From the NCBI GenBank assembly GCA_977862235.1, contig OZ374558.1, forward strand, positions 1,426,001 to 1,490,000: a stretch of DNA of 64,000 nt. The letters run 5' to 3'. This stretch comes from Dudresnaya verticillata (Eukaryota). Position numbers and translations under genes: made by a program. Positions 10,614 to 22,600 of the stretch are shown one piece after another (position 1 is the first letter of the stretch; the number at the start of each line of letters is the position of its first letter). The notes below the pieces were generated by a model. It saw only the letters and a list, made by a program, of their open reading frames with translations, did not search any database and was not told the origin of the DNA.

Positions 10614-13600
10614 TAAAAGGAATATGGAGAGGTTGGAGTTGAACAATGAAGATGAGAAATGGAAGTCGCTTGACTTCGTTTACTGCAGTCGACCATCCGA
10701 CAAGGCTTATATCAGCTTTTCGGATGAGTTGCTGCGTGAACACAAACAAAACAAATCATTAAAGATACGCCCAAAATCCCTACCGTCAAATGGGCGGGAA
10801 AAAGTAAAGCAATCAAATCTACCAAATCATACTCTCAGCACACTCACATCCGCCACCAAAATGGGCGGGAACTTGCACACCAGTGTTGCTAACTGCTGAC
10901 ATCAGCAATCCCTCTTGCGACCGCATTTCCTGCCATCCATATGTACTCCAACTTTGGGCGGGAACTCGAAAGTATCGAGTGTCCCCCCGCATGGCTGCTG
11001 TCGGACAACACTGCACACCACGTGGCCGCACTTACGAGCTGAAGTCCGTCCATGAATATCCAACTTGGATCATTGACCACGTAATCACCCAGATTTGCCT
11101 ACGTGGCAGCTGTAAACCAACGTGTCGGCCGCACGACAGCTACGTGCCCACTGTAAACCAACGTGTCGGCCGCACGACAGCTACGTGGCAACTGTAAACC
11201 GACGTGTCGGCCGCACGACAACTGCATCTGCTGATATCACAAGTCAGGCTCCACGTAGCGCAAGTCCCTGCAGTACCAACTCAGACGCCATCAGCACATT
11301 GCATGGCACGTTCATGTGTACTTGTGGAGTACAGTGCGCGTCATACCAGTACCATTCCATGCCATACCACGTGCATCCATGTGGTCCAATCAGATCGTTC
11401 CACTTGGCCGTTCCTGTTATAACCGCCAATTCCAGCACAACACTTGTAAGCCATATAGACCATGGAGGCGGTTTGTAACAACCAATCAGAAGCCCGTTTC
11501 ACGTTGCTTTTGCAAAAGGCCTAAATGCGCCGTGATTTTGGAAGCCCGGAAAAAGGGCTGTCGTCTCCGGAAGGTTTGGTGAAAGCGTGCCAGGGTACCA
11601 TCTGGGGTACCTGACCCGTGACGTGAGGCGCCAGCGACCATGTCCTCAACACTCCTCCTCGATGGCTCCTCCAAGTCCAACCCTTGGTAGAATCCTATTG
11701 AGCAAAGTGGGCCCGAGTGGCTTTGTCAGCAAGTCCGCGTCGTTGTCTTCTGACGGCACATACACCACTTCCAGAACAGAGTCGGCGATAAGTTCGCGAA
11801 TGAAGTGTACACGAACGTCGATTTGCTTGGCACGACCAGACGGACAGCGTTCTCCAGTAGCCCAATTGATGGCAGACTGGTTGTCTGATCTCAATGGAAC
11901 CGGGCCTTCGACGTTCAAGTCGGCCTCCTTCAGCACTCGCGTGACCCAAACCGTCTCTTTCGCAGCCAGAGTCATTGCATAGTACTCCGACTCTCAAGTT
12001 GAGAGAGCAACAGTTGACTGCTTCTTGCATCCCCAAATACACACTGCATCTCCCAGTTTCACCATGTAACCAGACATAGATTTTCGGTCTGTGGTGTCAC
12101 CGGCATAGTCAGCGTCCACATAAGCTTGGATACGAGTGCTTCCGGACTGGTACGTAACTCCATGCTTGTGAGTGCCTCGAAGATATCGCAGAACCCTCTT
12201 TGCACCACGGTGACAGTACTCAGTTGGAGCCTTCTGGAACCGTGCGAGGATAAGCACAGAGGCCAAAATGTCCAGCCTTGTGCGAAGCCCCAAGTACAGA
12301 AGTGACCCGATCATCTGCTGGTACGTCTCAACCGACACGACGGCCTTGTCCTCTTCGGCGGCAAGTCCAGTGAAGAAAGACTCAACCATCGGCGTACAAG
12401 CCGGCTTAGAGTTCTGAAGTCCAAATCGACGAAGAACACTTTCCGTGTAGACCTGTTGAGTCATCTTGAGGGACACAAATCTGCCATCAGAGTCTAGCTT
12501 CCATCCAAGCTCTACTCCGAGGAAGAGGTCAACCCCTTCAGACAGCCGTAGATCGTAGAGGCCCTGCAGTTCCTTAACAATGGCGTCTCTCTCCGCCTTT
12601 GTGGGTGCGAGGATGAGCAAGTCATCAACGTACACCAAGATGTATGCGTATCCAGAAGACTTGGATTTGCGACGAAACACGCAAGGTGCACTTGGCAATT
12701 CCTCAAACGTCATCCTAGCAAGGTCACCACACGGCTTGGTGTGCCAAGCTAGGTGAGCCTGTTTTAGCCCATACATAGCCTTCAGAAGTTTGTAACAGAG
12801 AGATTCCCTTCCAGGAATCCCACGCGGTGACATTACCCACACGTGTTCTGCCAGATCACTATTCAGGAAAGCCGTCTTCACGTCTAGCTGTGCAACAAAC
12901 AGGTTCAAACACAGTACAAAGTATAGGAACATGCGCACCAGCGAGAACGACACAACTGGGGCGTATGTTTCCATGTAGTCTTCACCATACGTCTGGAAGT
13001 TTCCACCAGCGACGACCCGCGCTTTGAAGCGCTCGACCGTCCCGTCGGACTTGCGTTTAACTTTCAGCACGGCGTGCGTTGGAAGCGGCTGTGCATCGGG
13101 ACTGTCATCACGGACCCAAGTGCCTTTGGATTCCAAGGATGCGAACTCATCATCAATGGCAGATTGCCACAACCCGCGCTCCTCCGGAGTGGCAGACATG
13201 GCCTCTCGAAGAGTGGGCTCATCTCCCGTTGTGAGGGCAACCTGTTGTTCAGCTTGTGCAGAGCTTGCCATAAACCATTTCGACGTCTGGCGACGTTGGC
13301 GACGAGGATATCGACTCTGTTGCTGGCGTTCTGGATCTGAACTCACACCAGCCGGAGGACTGTCAGAGACGTTTTCTTCCTCAGCCGTGTCATCAGATTC
13401 GAATGAGCTGGGTTCTCATGGAGGTAGTGGAGGTGAAGAATGTTGAGGACATGGTCGCTGGCGCCTCACGTCACGGGTCAGGTACCCCAGATGGTACCCT
13501 GGCACGCTTTCACCAAACCTTCCGGAGACGACAGCCCTTTTTCCGGGCTTCCAAAATCACGGCGCATTTAGGCCTTTTGCAAAAGCAACGTGAAACGGGC

Positions 13601-13872
13601 TTCTGATTGGTTGTTACAAACCGCCTCCATGGTCTATATGGCTTACAAGTGTTGTGCTGGAATTGGCGGTTATAACAGGAACGGCCAAGTGGAACGATCT
13701 GATTGGACCACATGGATGCACGTGGTATGGCATGGAATGGTACTGGTATGACGCGCACTGTACTCCACAAGTACACATGAACGTGCCATGCAATGTGCTG
13801 ATGGCGTCTGAGTTGGTACTGCAGGGACTTGCGCCACGTGGAGCCTGGCTTGTGATATCAGCAGATGCAGTT

Positions 13873-13954
13873 GTCGTGCGGCCGACACGTTGGTTTACAG
13901 TTGCCACGTAGGTGTCGTGCGGCCGACACGTTGGTTTACAGCTGCCACGTAGGC
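13873..13954 (+). repeat. 41-bp tandem repeat in LTR U3 (2 copies here, 2-4 in other LTRs)
   Basis: Unit GTCGTGCGGCCGACACGTTGGTTTACAGTTGCCACGTAGCT; LTR lengths 992/1033/1074 differ by exactly 41. Confidence 0.95.
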
Positions 13955-14337
13955 AAGTCTGGGTGATTACGTGGTCAATGATCCAAGTTGGATATTCATG
14001 GACGGACTTGAGCTGGTAAGTGCGGCCACGTGGTGTGCAGCGTTGTCCGACAGCAGCCATGCGGGGACACTCGATACTTTCACGTTCCCGCCCAAAGTTG
14101 GAGTACATATGGATGGCAGGAAATGCGGTCGCAAGAGGGATTGCTGATGTCAGCAGTTAGCAACACTGGTGTGCAAGTTCCCGCCCATTTTGGTGGCGGA
14201 TGTGAGTGTGCTGAGAGTATGATTTGGTAGATTTAATTGCTTTACTTTTTCCCGCCCATTTGATGATAGGGATTTTGGGCGTTTCTTTAATGATTTGTTT
14301 TGTTTGTGTTCACGCAGCAACTCATCCGAAAAGCTGA

Positions 14338-14343
14338 TATAAG
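14338..14343 (+). promoter_or_regulatory. Candidate LTR TATA box
   Basis: TATAAG about 90 bp before the LTR 3' end, present in all LTR copies; position is plausible but untested. Confidence 0.4.
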
Positions 14344-14432
14344 CCATGTCGGATGGTCGACTGCAGTAAACGAAGTCAAGCGACTTCCATTTCTCATCTT
14401 GTTCAACTCCAACCTCTCCATATTCCTTATCA

Positions 14433-14446
14433 GGTTATGGGCCCAG
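14433..14446 (+). promoter_or_regulatory. Primer-binding site complementary to the anticodon arm of initiator tRNA-Met (half-tRNA priming)
   Basis: GGTTATGGGCCCAG directly after the LTR is the reverse complement of CUGGGCCCAUAACC in eukaryotic tRNA-iMet. Also at 24148, 31924, 40788, 47458 and 57352. Confidence 0.9.
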
Positions 14447-15368
14447 AAGGTCGACCTACGCAGACTTCATCGCTTCGCTGCAACCTTCTTCCTTTTTCTT
14501 TTCATTCTTGATACTGTCCGGTCCCGTCCTGGCCTGTCCTGTCTGCTTGTGTCCTGTCCTGTCGGCTTGTGTCCTGTCCTGTCTGCTTGTTGTCTGTTGA
14601 AAGTGGTCCCTATCCCACTGTGTCGGCTTGTGTCTCTGATTTTGTGAGAGAGTTCTCGAGGCTCTCGTCCGCTGTTGTCTTGGTCCGTGAGCTTGCTGAG
14701 AGGTTGAGTGTTGTGCGTGGTGACTCTCGTTAAGTCAGGACCTCGTTGGCCTAGGGGAGCAGCCTCCAGTAAGATCCAGAACCTTGACACGGTTGGGCCT
14801 AGTTCCATTCCTGCAAGAGACTGGACCTGTTCGTGTGGTGAACACTCGTTTTGAGTTAGTACCCATAAGGTGGACGTCTCGTAAGGATTGCATACTTCGT
14901 GTCTGTGTGCGCACGACACGAAAGGGCTGCTGAAAGACGCATTTCACCCGGAGAATCATATCCGGGGGCCAGGAGTCCGACTCCTAGGGGTGACTAGGTA
15001 GAACCTGGTGCCAGAACATCCCGCGTCAAAAAGACGTTCAACTATCAAGAATCAACTTTTCAACTTCAAGTTTCAACTTTTCTTCTTCAGTCCAGGTGAT
15101 CCCATCATCACCTGAGAGTTTCATTACTCCAAGCGTGGGAGCTACTTGGCAAAGTGTGCTCCGCTTGTGACTGTATTATATTACCGACGTGTTCGACACA
15201 TTTCTCAGTTTCGTCGTCACGTCTTCGTTGTGTGAGCTGCACTGCTCTGCTTAACACGACTATTACCCTCTGGGCATCGACACTGTTGCACTAACAGCAC
15301 TGCCCCAAGTTTACCAAGTTTTCTAAAACTATTCAAGTTATCTCTTCTCACCATCAGTCCCAACAGCG

Positions 15369-18300
15369 ATGACTGATACCGAAGCCGAGATGGATACTTC
15401 GAGCGGGGTCAAGATACCCCGTTTCCACGGCAGGAGAGGTGACGACTACAGTCTCTGGCGTCATCGCCTTCGTGCCGCATGCCGCATCAAAGGGGTTTGG
15501 AATGTTGTCCACACCTCAAACGACACACCGAGCAGCTCACAGTCAACTGGAGAGGCCTCAGCGGATACTTCCATTCTTCACGCCAGAACCTTGGCCAAAC
15601 GTGAGAAGGCTTGCGGGATCATTATCTCCGCACTTGGTGATGCTCCGCTTCGTGTCGTTATGGAGGTTGATGATGACCCCAAACGCATGCTGGAGCTATT
15701 GGACTCGCGCTATGCGTCCAGTCGAACCGTATCCCGTATCGCCGTACAGACCAAGCTATTCCGTATGACGTACACCGGTCAGAATATGTCCAACTATGTC
15801 GACCAGTACACGTCACTGTTCGCCCAACTCGACCGCATGGGCAACGACTCGGCGATACCGGAGACACATAAGGCACCTATGCTGCTTGCTTCCATTGATC
15901 CGTCCTGCCACCTGGAGTCAACAGCTGCAGCTCTTCGCACCAAAGATGCTGCTGAGCTGACTTGGGACTACGTCGCAACCACGCTGATCGATGAGTACAA
16001 CGCCAAAGATTCTCATGGATCAAACACAGGTGGGAGATCCAGTAAGTCGAAGAGTCGTCGCAAGAAGAAAAAGAAGTCCGCGTCGTCAGGTTCTCGCCAG
16101 CAACACAACACGCTGGATGACAACGACGACTCCGATGACTCTTCTGATATTGAATCCACCGTCCGTGCGTTGGCGGTTGCACTCAAGTCCGCCAAGCAGG
16201 CTCACTCCACCCCGAACCGGCACCTTCACTGTGATGTTTGCGACAAGGATGGACACACCGCGGATCGATGCTATCTCAATCCGGAAAATCCTAACAACAA
16301 GCTTCCTCCAAAGGTGCGACAGATGTTCACCAACCAGGGCAAAAAGGGCAACGCCAACTCGGCGGTAGCTGCATCTGGTAAGAATAATGGTAAATCTGCA
16401 AAGGTAGAAATCGCCGGTGCATCGGTTGAGATGACTACTGTTGTTCCTCCGAACGACCAAGGAACGTATGCCGACAGTGGAGCAACTGTGCATTGCTTCC
16501 ACTCAATGACTTCTTTTGTACCGAGCTCAGTATCACGCTGCGAAAAGCGTACTGTAGTGCTTGCGGACAAGTCGTCTGTCACCTCAGACCTATGTGGAGA
16601 TGTGATTCTGCCGTTTGAGCATGCCAATATTCGGCTCAAGAAGGCCCTCTTCATCCCGCAGATGGGATACAATCTTGTCTCTACTGGGCGTTTGGCAGAT
16701 AAAGGAATTGAATCCCACTTTCGCCGCTTGGACGTGCGCTTGGTACTCGACTCTGATGGGTACTATATTGGATCCGGTGTTCGCGATGCGAGTTCTGGAA
16801 TGTACATGCTACCAGAACCCGAGCCGCACACTTCGGAGGAGCAAGTACTGGCTGTCCCCAGCACGCAGCAAACTACTGAGCTCTGGCATCGACGTCTTGC
16901 CCACATTAATTTTCGGGACTTGGCCAAAGTGCACGAGCATGTTGAGGGTGTTCCGGAGTTGGGCTCCACTCATGAAGTGTGTCGGGCTTGTAGACTTGGG
17001 AAAGCACACAAACAATCATTCCCAGGGCACTTCCGCCCGGCCAAAGCTGTCGGTGATCTCGTGCATTCCGACATTGTGGGTCCAATCCAGATCTCCTTTC
17101 CCGATCGTTTCCGGTATGCCACGACGTTTCTGGATGACAAATCCCGTTTCTTGGTCGTCGCATGTATGAGAAGTCGCCGTATGTTGAGTGCAGCATTTGA
17201 TCAAGCTTCAGCAAAGTTTATCGAGCTTGGAGGAGCGGAAATAACAAAACTCCACTCAGACGGGGCTCAGGAGTATTTGGCTTTGCAGAAAGATTTGGGA
17301 GGAGTTGGAGACAGTGGCAAATCCTTCTCCCCACCTTATACTCCGGAGCTCAATGGAATCGCGGAAAGGGTGAACCGAACCATGGTGGAAGCTGCCCTGA
17401 CTTTGCTGATCCAGGCTGATCTACCGGGATGTTTGTGGCCGTTTGCACTGAAGCATGTCAACTACGTGCGCAATCGGGTACCACACTCAACCGTTGGGGC
17501 TACGCCATACTCGGTCATGACAGGTGATGTTCCTGATTTAAAACATTTAAGAGTGTTTGGATGTGCTGCATATGTCCTAAGGCTCCCACGCGGATCCAAG
17601 TTCGAGTCTCGTGCACTTGAGGGGGTGCACTTGGAGACTCTAGAGCATGGGATCTACAGGATATTGGTCACTGGCGGTGACGGTATACCTCGTGTGGTTG
17701 AGTCGCGGCATGTCACATTCGACGAGTCCAAATTCCCGGGTGCTCCAAGCCTGTTGGAATATGGGCAGGATGAGGCAGATTCGGATGAAGATTACGAGTC
17801 TAACTCAGAGGCCTCTATTTTCAACTCGGACTCTGATGACGATGTGTCGCTGGGTAACTTTGAGGATGAAGAGGATGCAATTGAAGTTGACACACCTTCT
17901 TCACCTCCACTACCTCCATCAGAACCCAGCTCATTCGAATCTGATGACACGGCTGAGGAAGAAAACGTCTCTGACTATCCTCCGGCTGGTGTGAGTTCAG
18001 ACCCAGAACGCCAGCAACAGAGTCGATATCCTCGTCGCCAACGTCGCCAGACGTCGAAATGGTTTATGGCAAGCTCTGCACAAGCTGAACAACAGGTTGC
18101 CCTCACAACGGGAGATGAGCCCACTCTTCGAGAGGCCATGTCTGCCACTCCGGAGGAGCGCGGGTTGTGGCAATCTGCCATTGATGATGAGTTCGCATCC
18201 TTGGAATCCAAAGGCACTTGGGTCCGTGATGACAGTCCCGATGCACAGCCGCTTCCAACGCACGCCGTGCTGAAAGTTAAACGCAAGTCCGACGGGACCG

Positions 18301-19691
18301 TCGAGCGCTTCAAAGCGCGGGTCGTCGCTGGTGGAAACTTCCAGACGTATGGTGAAGACTACATGGAAACATACGCCCCAGTTGTGTCGTTCTCGCTGGT
18401 GCGCATGTTCCTATACTTGGTACTGTGTTTGAACCTGTTTGTTGCACAGCTAGACGTGAAGACGGCTTTCCTGAATGGTGATCTGGCAGAACACGTGTGG
18501 GTAATGTCACCGCGTGGGATTCCTGGAAGGGAATCTCTCTATTACAAACTTCTGAAAGCTATGTATGGGCTAAAACAGGCTCACCTAGCTTGGCACACCA
18601 AGCTGTGTGGTGACCTTGCTAGGATGATGTTTGAGGAATTGCCAAGTGCACCTTGCGTGTTTCGTCGCAAATCCAAGTCTTCCGGATACGCATACATCTT
18701 GGTGTACGTTGATGACTTGCTCATCCTCGCACCCACAAAGGCGGAGAGAGACGCCATTGTTAAGGAACTGCAGGGCCTCTACGATCTAAGGCTGTCTGAA
18801 GGGGTTGACCTCTTCCTCGGAGTCGAGCTTGGATGGAAGCTAGACTCTGATGGCAGATTTGTGTCCCTCAAGATGACTCAACAGGTCTACACGGAAAGTG
18901 TTCTTCGTCGATTTGGACTTCAGAACTCTAAGCCGGCTTGTACGCCGATGGTTGAGTCTTTCTTCACTGGACTTGCCGCCGAAGAGGACAAGGCCGTCGT
19001 GTCGGTTGAGACGTACCAGCAGATGATCGGGTCACTTCTGTACTTGGGGCTTCGCACAAGGCTGGACATTTTGGCCTCTGTGCTTATCCTCGCACGGTTC
19101 CAGAAGGCTCCAACTGCGTACTGTCACCGTGGTGTAAAGAGGGTTCTGCGATATCTTCGAGGCACTCACAAGCATGGAGTTACGTACCAGTCCGGAAGCA
19201 CTCGTATCCAAGCTTATGTGGACGCTGACTATGCCGGTGACACCACAGACCGAAAATCTATGTCTGGTTACATGGTGAAACTGGGAGATGCAGTGTGTAT
19301 TTGGGGATCCAAGAAGCAGTCAACTGTTGCTCTCTCAACTTGCGAGTCGGAGTACTATGCAATGACTCTGGCTGCGAAAGAGACGGTTTGGGTCACGCGA
19401 GTGCTGAAGGAGGCCGACTTGAACGTCGAAGGCCCGGTTCCATTGAGATCAGACAACCAGTCTGCCATCAATTGGGCTACTGGAGAACGCTGTCCGTCTG
19501 GTCGTGCCAAGCACATCGACGTTCGTGTACACTTCATTCGCGAACTTGTCGCCGACTCTGTTCTGGAAGTGGTGTATGTGCCGTCAGAAGACAACGACGC
19601 GGACTTGCTGACAAAGCCACTCGGGCCCACTTTGCTCAATAGGATTCTACCAAGGGTTGGACTTGGAGGAGCCATCGAGGAGGAGTGTTGA
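15369..19691 (+). CDS. Copia gag-pol polyprotein, 1440 aa (Gag-PR-IN-RT-RH)
   Basis: CX2CX4HX4C knuckle, YADSGAT protease, HHCC plus DDE integrase, YVDD RT, DADYAG/SDNQSA/ADLLTK RNase H, in copia order. Confidence 0.98.
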   Translation: MTDTEAEMDTSSGVKIPRFHGRRGDDYSLWRHRLRAACRIKGVWNVVHTSNDTPSSSQSTGEASADTSILHARTLAKREKACGIIISALGDAPLRVVMEVDDDPKRMLELLDSRYASSRTVSRIAVQTKLFRMTYTGQNMSNYVDQYTSLFAQLDRMGNDSAIPETHKAPMLLASIDPSCHLESTAAALRTKDAAELTWDYVATTLIDEYNAKDSHGSNTGGRSSKSKSRRKKKKKSASSGSRQQHNTLDDNDDSDDSSDIESTVRALAVALKSAKQAHSTPNRHLHCDVCDKDGHTADRCYLNPENPNNKLPPKVRQMFTNQGKKGNANSAVAASGKNNGKSAKVEIAGASVEMTTVVPPNDQGTYADSGATVHCFHSMTSFVPSSVSRCEKRTVVLADKSSVTSDLCGDVILPFEHANIRLKKALFIPQMGYNLVSTGRLADKGIESHFRRLDVRLVLDSDGYYIGSGVRDASSGMYMLPEPEPHTSEEQVLAVPSTQQTTELWHRRLAHINFRDLAKVHEHVEGVPELGSTHEVCRACRLGKAHKQSFPGHFRPAKAVGDLVHSDIVGPIQISFPDRFRYATTFLDDKSRFLVVACMRSRRMLSAAFDQASAKFIELGGAEITKLHSDGAQEYLALQKDLGGVGDSGKSFSPPYTPELNGIAERVNRTMVEAALTLLIQADLPGCLWPFALKHVNYVRNRVPHSTVGATPYSVMTGDVPDLKHLRVFGCAAYVLRLPRGSKFESRALEGVHLETLEHGIYRILVTGGDGIPRVVESRHVTFDESKFPGAPSLLEYGQDEADSDEDYESNSEASIFNSDSDDDVSLGNFEDEEDAIEVDTPSSPPLPPSEPSSFESDDTAEEENVSDYPPAGVSSDPERQQQSRYPRRQRRQTSKWFMASSAQAEQQVALTTGDEPTLREAMSATPEERGLWQSAIDDEFASLESKGTWVRDDSPDAQPLPTHAVLKVKRKSDGTVERFKARVVAGGNFQTYGEDYMETYAPVVSFSLVRMFLYLVLCLNLFVAQLDVKTAFLNGDLAEHVWVMSPRGIPGRESLYYKLLKAMYGLKQAHLAWHTKLCGDLARMMFEELPSAPCVFRRKSKSSGYAYILVYVDDLLILAPTKAERDAIVKELQGLYDLRLSEGVDLFLGVELGWKLDSDGRFVSLKMTQQVYTESVLRRFGLQNSKPACTPMVESFFTGLAAEEDKAVVSVETYQQMIGSLLYLGLRTRLDILASVLILARFQKAPTAYCHRGVKRVLRYLRGTHKHGVTYQSGSTRIQAYVDADYAGDTTDRKSMSGYMVKLGDAVCIWGSKKQSTVALSTCESEYYAMTLAAKETVWVTRVLKEADLNVEGPVPLRSDNQSAINWATGERCPSGRAKHIDVRVHFIRELVADSVLEVVYVPSEDNDADLLTKPLGPTLLNRILPRVGLGGAIEEEC
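19677..19685 (+). promoter_or_regulatory. Polypurine tract overlapping the last pol codons
   Basis: GAGGAGGAG immediately before the LTR TG; the ORF ends EEEC-stop using the first six LTR bases TGTTGA. Confidence 0.8.
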
Positions 19692-22600
19692 GGACATGGT
19701 CGCTGGCGCCTCACGTCACGGGTCAGGTACCCCAGATGGTACCCTGGCACGCTTTCACCAAACCTTCCGGAGACGACAGCCCTTTTTCCGGGCTTCCAAA
19801 ATCACGGCGCATTTAGGCCTTTTGCAAAAGCAACGTGAAACGGGCTTCTGATTGGTTGTTACAAACCGCCTCCATGGTCTATATGGCTTACAAGTGTTGT
19901 GCTGGAATTGGCGGTTATAACAGGAACGGCCAAGTGGAACGATCTGATTGGACCACATGGATGCACGTGGTATGGCATGGAATGGTACTGGTATGACGCG
20001 CACTGTACTCCACAAGTACACATGAACGTGCCATGCAATGTGCTGATGGCGTCTGAGTTGGTACTGCAGGGACTTGCGCCACGTGGAGCCTGGCTTGTGA
20101 TATCAGCAGATGCAGTTGTCGTGCGGCCGACACGTTGGTTTACAGTTGCCACGTAGGTGTCGTGCGGCCGACACGTTGGTTTACAGCTGCCACGTAGGCA
20201 AGTCTGGGTGATTACGTGGTCAATGATCCAAGTTGGATATTCATGGACGGACTTGAGCTGGTAAGTGCGGCCACGTGGTGTGCAGCGTTGTCCGACAGCA
20301 GCCATGCGGGGACACTCGATACTTTCACGTTCCCGCCCAAAGTTGGAGTACATATGGATGGCAGGAAATGCGGTCGCAAGAGGGATTGCTGATGTCAGCA
20401 GTTAGCAACACTGGTGTGCAAGTTCCCGCCCATTTTGGTGGCGGATGTGAGTGTGCTGAGAGTATGATTTGGTAGATTTAATTGCTTTACTTTTTCCCGC
20501 CCATTTGATGATAGGGATTTTGGGCGTTTCTTTAATGATTTGTTTTGTTTGTGTTCACGCAGCAACTCATCCGAAAAGCTGATATAAGCCATGTCGGATG
20601 GTCGACTGCAGTAAACGAAGTCAAGCGACTTCCATTTCTCATCTTGTTCAACTCCAACCTCTCCATATTCCTTATCAAAGAAGGTGTGTCAACTTCAATT
20701 GCATCCTCTTCATCCTCAAAGTTACCCAGCGTGTTCAGCGACACATCGTCATCAGAGTCCGAGTTGAAAATAGAGGCCTCTGAGTTAGACTCGTAATCTT
20801 CATCCGAATCTGCCTCGTCGTGCCCATATTCCAACAGGCTTGGAGCACCCGGGAATTTGGACTCGTCGAATGTGACATACCGCGACTCAACCACACGAGG
20901 TATACCGTCACCGCCAGTGACCAATATCCTGTATATCCCATGCTCTAGAGTCTCCAAGTGCACCCCCTCAAGTGCACGAGACTCGAACTTGGATCCGCGT
21001 GGGAGCCTTAGGACATATGCAGCACATCCAAACACTCTTAAATGTTTTAAATCAGGAACATCACCTGTCATGACCGAGTATGGCGTAGCCCCAAAGGTTG
21101 AGTGTGGTACCCGATTGCGCACGTAGTTGACATGCTTCAGTGCAAACGGCCACAAACATCCCGGTAGATCAGCCTGGATCAGCAAAGTCAGGGCAGCTTC
21201 CACCATGGTTCGGTTCACCCTTTCCGCGATTCCATTGAGCTCCGGAGTATAAGGTGGGGAGAAGGATTTGCCACTGTCTCCAACTCCTCCCAAATCTTTC
21301 TGCAAAGCCAAATACTCCTGAGCCCCGTCTGAGTGGAGTTTTGTTATTTCCGCTCCTCCAAGCTCGATAAACTTTGCTGAAGCTTGATCAAATGCTGCAC
21401 TCAACATACGGCGACTTCTCATACATGCGACGACCAAGAAACGGGATTTATCATCCAGAAACGTCGTGGCATACCGGAAACGATCGGGAAAGGAGATCTG
21501 GATTGGACCCACAATGTCGGAATGCACGAGATCACCGACAGCTTTGGCCGGGCGGAAGTGCCCTGGGAATGATTGTTTGTGTGCTTTCCCAAGTCTACAA
21601 GCCCGACACACTTCATGAGTGGAGCCCAACTCCGGAACACCCTCAACATGCTCGTGCACTTTGGCCAAGTCCCGAAAATTAATGTGGGCAAGACGTCGAT
21701 GCCAGAGCTCAGTAGTTTGCTGCGTGCTGGGGACAGCCAGTACTTGCTCCTCCGAAGTGTGCGGCTCGGGTTCTGGTAGCATGTACATTCCAGAACTCGC
21801 ATTGCGAACACCGGATCCAATATAGTACCCATCAGAGTCGAGTACCAAGCGCACGTCCAAGCGGCGAAAGTGGGATTCAATTCCTTTATCTGCCAAATGC
21901 CCAGTAGAGACAAGATTGTATCCCATCTGCGGGATGAAGAGGGCCTTCTTGAGCCGAATATTAGCATGCTCAAACGGCAGAATCACATCTCCACATAGGT
22001 CTGAGGTGACAGACGACTTGTCCGCAAGCACTACAGTACGCTTTTCGCAGCGCGATACTGAGCTCGGTACAAAAGAAGTCATTGAGTGGAAGCAATGCAC
22101 AGTTGCTCCACTGTCGGCATACGTTCCTTGGTCGTTCGGAGGAACAACAGTAGTCATCTCAACCGATGCACCGGCGATTTCTACCTTTGCAGATTTACCA
22201 TTGTTCTTACCAGATGCAGCTACCGCCGAGTTGGCGTTGCCCTTTTTGCCCTGGTTGGTGAACATCTGTCGCACCTTCGGAGGAAGCTTGTTGTTAGGAT
22301 TTTCCGGATTTAGATAGCATCGATCCGCGGTGTGTCCATCCCTGTCGCAAACATCACAGTGAAGGTGCCGGTTCGGGGTGGAGTGAGCCTGCTTGGCGGA
22401 CTTGAGTGCAACCGCCAACGCACGGACGGTAGATTCAATATCAGAAGAGTCATCGGAGTCGTCGTTGTCATCCAGCGGGTTGTGTTGCTGGCGAGAACCT
22501 GACGACGCGGACTTCTTTTTCTTCTTCCGACGACTCTTCGACTTACTGGATCTCCCACCTGCGTTTGATACATGAGAATCTTTGGCGTTGTACTCATCGA

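Larger units (their letters stand above)
13441..20677 (+). mobile_element. Full-length copia element E2 nested in E1
   Basis: LTRs 13441-14432 and 19686-20677 (992 bp each, no differences seen by eye); TSD AAGAA at 13436-13440 and 20678-20682; PBS, PPT and intact ORF present. Confidence 0.98.

Noticed and set aside
10614..10899. C-terminus of ORF 9334-10899, N-termini of ORFs 25089 and 32947, and tails of ORFs 20532, 38758 and 54999 as real fusion proteins
   Set aside because: These are read-through into or out of LTR sequence at insertion junctions.
13510..14347. Recurrent 60-164-aa ORFs in LTRs and antisense to pol
   Set aside because: They recur only because the repeat recurs; their lengths change with the repeat count and they carry no motifs.
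14467..14919. Antisense 150-aa ORF with a basic KRKRKK tail in every copia leader
   Set aside because: It has a non-ATG start and derives from TGTCC and pyrimidine low-complexity tracts; the copies are too similar for its persistence to show selection.
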